The position numbers were made by a program, and so were the translations under genes. Below, piece after piece: positions 62,001 through 64,000 of a DNA stretch of 64,000 nucleotides. The stretch comes from Orbicella franksi (taxonomy: Eukaryota). Each line of letters begins with the position of its first letter. The stretch's first letter is position 1. The DNA lies in the NCBI GenBank assembly GCA_964199315.1, contig OZ116709.1, positions 2,790,001-2,854,000 of the forward strand, written 5' to 3'. Below the pieces are notes generated by a model. That model was given only the letters and a program-made list of their open reading frames with translations, had not been told where the DNA came from and did not search any database.

Positions 62001-63626
62001 GGCATTTCAAGGCACTTTGGAACCACTCTTGCTGAACAGCCATTCAGAGCCCTTTTCACCTCAAAAATTTCTATTAAACACCCATTTAGATTTTCCCATA
62101 AATTGCGGTTGTTGTTTTTTGCTGTAAACTGACTCTTTGATCTGTCACAGATAACACATGACATGTATGTGCACAAAACAAAACAAAATAAATAAATGCT
62201 AAACAAATTATGTAAATTTGGGTATTGAGGCTAGGAAAGTAAGAATCTGGTGACCAAGGGGATGTAGATATATGGGGGATGTATAAGTAAACTACAGATT
62301 CATCAAACTAGCAAGTACACTGTAAGATGTTTAGAGGCTTGTGCAGATAATTTGGAGACTGCATTCAGGCTAGCACATGAAAACAGATAGGCAAACATGA
62401 AAAGCAATCATGCAATCATGCCATCCAATGTGAGAGGTGCATCAGATGTAAGCAAAGAATTCTACACTGATGATTAAGTTCTAAACAAACATAGCAACCA
62501 GAATTCAGTCATTTCTTTCATGGGACATTGATGGTATTAAACCTCTCGGCAGATTAGCATGAAAACAAGACAACAGGGTCATCCTGCACTGTGTCGAATG
62601 ATGTGTTGACCTTATTGGTGTGCTTTGTTTACCAAAGTAATTATGTTATCAAATGTTCAACTTTAGTAACAGCTGTTGAATGAGTGTGTAGCAAGAGTAA
62701 TGCATATTCAACAAACAGGGGTTGAAGGGTGTGTGATGTGAACTGGTCACTGGTTGCTGCATTTTGCCTAATCTCAATTTGCCACTGGCTTCAGAAAATG
62801 TGTCAAAAAGTTATTGTTCTCTCCATTAGGTGTATGTAAATGATGCTACTGGTGAGGAAATGCCGGTTAGTGCTTTATTGTTACTTACACAGGTTTAGGG
62901 CAGATGTGGTGTCAAATTTGGACATCTTTATTTTACAGTTGAACAAAAACCTGATCTGCAAACCTTCCTTGAAATTCTGGGTGTTGTATGGGAGTTGGGG
63001 GAAGGGGATGTTCCCAGACTCTCCCCCCCCCCCCCCCCAATCCAATAATGGTCATGCCTTAAGTCCCATACAATATGTTGGGTGTACACTTTTCAAAATC
63101 TGTCTATCAGTCTACGTGCACAGTACATGGCATGAACCCTAGCAATACCAGGCAAATGGATTTTCAAAAGGATCATTTTACTGATCTAGGACAAATCAAG
63201 CACGACTGTTCTTGGATAAGTATAGTGTTAAGAATCAAAATTTTGAAGAAAACTTAACAGCAGTTTCCTGCAAAATGTGGGGACCAAAACCAAGAAACCT
63301 TCCGTGGAAAGGAAAGGGTAAAGGGTATGGCACATTTGGTTTTGCTGTAAGGAACAAAATAAAATTTGCATTTACAAAATAATCTGTGCACTAAAGCTGT
63401 TTACTTGGTTGGACTGGAAACCAATCTCACCTAATTTTGATAATAAATTACTAAAAACATTATTGAAAGTAAAGAAAATTGTCCTTTCCTAATTGTTGTA
63501 GATCTGGACCCCACCGACCCCTCCCCGAGATGGACAAGATGAGGTGTATGTTGATCCATGTCAAAATTACTTATATGACTCCACACCTATGGCAGCCAGT
63601 CGTCTGCCACCTCTGTATTTAACCAG
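44007..63626 (+). CDS. SRCAP: SWR1-family chromatin remodeller SRCAP/EP400/domino; 3' end runs beyond the window
   Basis: Exons 44007-45854, 46205-46345, 46852-47050, 47502-47745, 47845-47940, 48588-48745, 49297-49401, 49636-49703, 50195-50287, 50365-50679, 50943-51053, 51857-52108, 52549-52685, 53288-53354, 53836-54831, 55451-55677, 56271-56473, 56695-56749, 57050-57164, 57293-57604, 58517-58714, 59210-59326, 59683-59745, 59999-60082, 60453-60584, 63502-63626. HSA ([23 protein letters not shown]), [27 protein letters not shown], a split ATPase insertion, [41 protein letters not shown]. Confidence 0.95.
45881..46018. mobile_element. MITE, best-preserved copy of the family
   Basis: TIR CAGGCCCGGTTGTTCGAAAGG versus CCTTTGAACAACTGGGGCCAAG. 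Confidence 0.8.
49023..49158 (+). ncRNA. Box H/ACA snoRNA, paralog 1 (SRCAP intron 6)
   Basis: Hairpin TGGCCA..CCTGAGG/CCTTAGG..TGGCCA; H box AGATAA 49084-49089; second hairpin with pocket TAAAAC/TTCCTGTC; ACA at 49153 plus 3 nt; 136 nt. Confidence 0.85.
51357..51724. mobile_element. CMITE-like coral MITE with internal (GAC)n
   Basis: TAGGGAGTTTAAGAA ... TTCTTAAACTCCCTA, a perfect 15-bp TIR; trinucleotide repeat beside the left TIR. Confidence 0.8.
52200..52334 (+). ncRNA. Box H/ACA snoRNA, paralog 2 (SRCAP intron 12)
   Basis: GGCCAC..GTGGCC stem; H box ACAGTA 52258-52263; CTCTT-TTAAAAC-CCACTG..CAGTGG-TTCCTGTC-GAGAG; ACA at 52329 plus 3 nt. Confidence 0.85.
53061..53196 (+). ncRNA. Box H/ACA snoRNA, paralog 3 (SRCAP intron 13)
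   Basis: TGGCCA..TGGCCA stem; H box AGATAA 53122-53127; pocket TAAAAC/TTCCTGTC; ACA at 53191 plus 3 nt; 136 nt. Confidence 0.85.
53541..53719. mobile_element. MITE-like element with 11-bp TIR
   Basis: CAGGGCTGTCA ... TGACAGCCCTG; no target duplication seen. Confidence 0.6.
55303..55375 (+). ncRNA. SNORD18: Box C/D snoRNA, U18/SNORD18-like, copy 1 (SRCAP intron 15)
   Basis: Terminal stem CAGC/GCTG; C box ATGATGA 55309; guide GGTCCGTGTTT before D' TTGA; D box CTGA 55368. The guide is complementary to conserved LSU rRNA AAACACGGACC. Confidence 0.85.
55974..56051 (+). ncRNA. SNORD18: Box C/D snoRNA, U18/SNORD18-like, copy 2 (SRCAP intron 16)
   Basis: Stem AACAGC/GCTGTT; C box ATGATGA 55982; GGTCCGTGTTT-CTGA (D' 56015) matches the recalled U18 core; D box CTGA 56042. 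Confidence 0.9.
57834..58286. mobile_element. Non-autonomous TTAA-flanked element with GG termini (Kolobok-like)
   Basis: TTAA-GGTAATTCCC (57830) ... GGGAATGACC-TTAA (58290). Confidence 0.6.
60585..60830 (+). CDS. Putative alternative C-terminal coding extension (intron read-through) of the domino-like gene
   Basis: The frame stays open 81 codons past the 60584 donor: [16 protein letters not shown]...RRTKFPDDI*, basic and Ser/Arg-rich. AATAAA at 61233-61238. Confidence 0.6.
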   Translation, partial: VKKNKSKSRRSRPNSRCSSKGSSASQQTKKKIDSEIPSKEAQVTVRNSCSNSRTSSRASSRSSSCSSSRRNTRRTKFPDDI

Positions 63627-64000
63627 GTAAGTAGCACTGATATCAGATACTTGTACTTGGACAAAAACACATCAAGCAAACAAGATACTTTGAAGGATCA
63701 GGGAAGTTTACTAAGTGAATGATTTCAGTCAATTTTGTCTAAATTATTGTCAACAATATGCCAATAGGAAAAGGTTTTCGAAGGTTTTTAGATTTTGAAT
63801 GCAATTTACATATTTTAGATCATTTTGAAAGATGCTGTCAGGAAGCGTTGAGGAAGACTCTAGAAGTTGAGGGTTTAAAAATTTTTTCAGTTTGGTTTAT
63901 TTGATTCAGCTTGAAATAAAATTGCTTTACATACAGGCCACATCAAACTGGAAAGAGGACTGTGTACAAATCTATTGTTTACTTCAGAGACCAACTTCAG

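Noticed and set aside
1-64000. Prokaryotic-type systems (CRISPR array, operon, prophage)
   Set aside because: The window is spliceosomal-intron eukaryotic DNA; no regularly spaced repeat-spacer array was seen.

Overview
Eukaryotic, intron-rich genomic DNA. The repeat families present suggest a stony coral or other anthozoan (inference). Left to right: a 4-exon GXYLT1-like xylosyltransferase (+, 12-3063); a convergent MYG1 gene (-, 5528-8906) with a spliced upstream exon that would add a mitochondrial-presequence-like extension from an ACG codon; tRNA-Asp, tRNA-Asn and a deleted tRNA-Pro pseudogene; an uncharacterised ~12-exon secreted C-type-lectin mosaic gene (-, 14011-22844); a 28-exon RAD54B (-, 24459-43322) whose intron 8 carries an intronless antisense AID/APOBEC-like deaminase with HAY in place of HAE; and, head-to-head with RAD54B, a single SRCAP/EP400/domino gene (+, 44007 to beyond 63626). 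The domino-like gene hosts five intronic snoRNAs (three paralogous H/ACA, two U18-like C/D) and has a splice-versus-read-through switch at 60584 resembling Drosophila DOM-A/DOM-B. Introns hold many MITE-like and palindromic repeats. All exon structures were assembled by eye from GT/AG sites, frame and recalled homology; no transcript data or database search was available.
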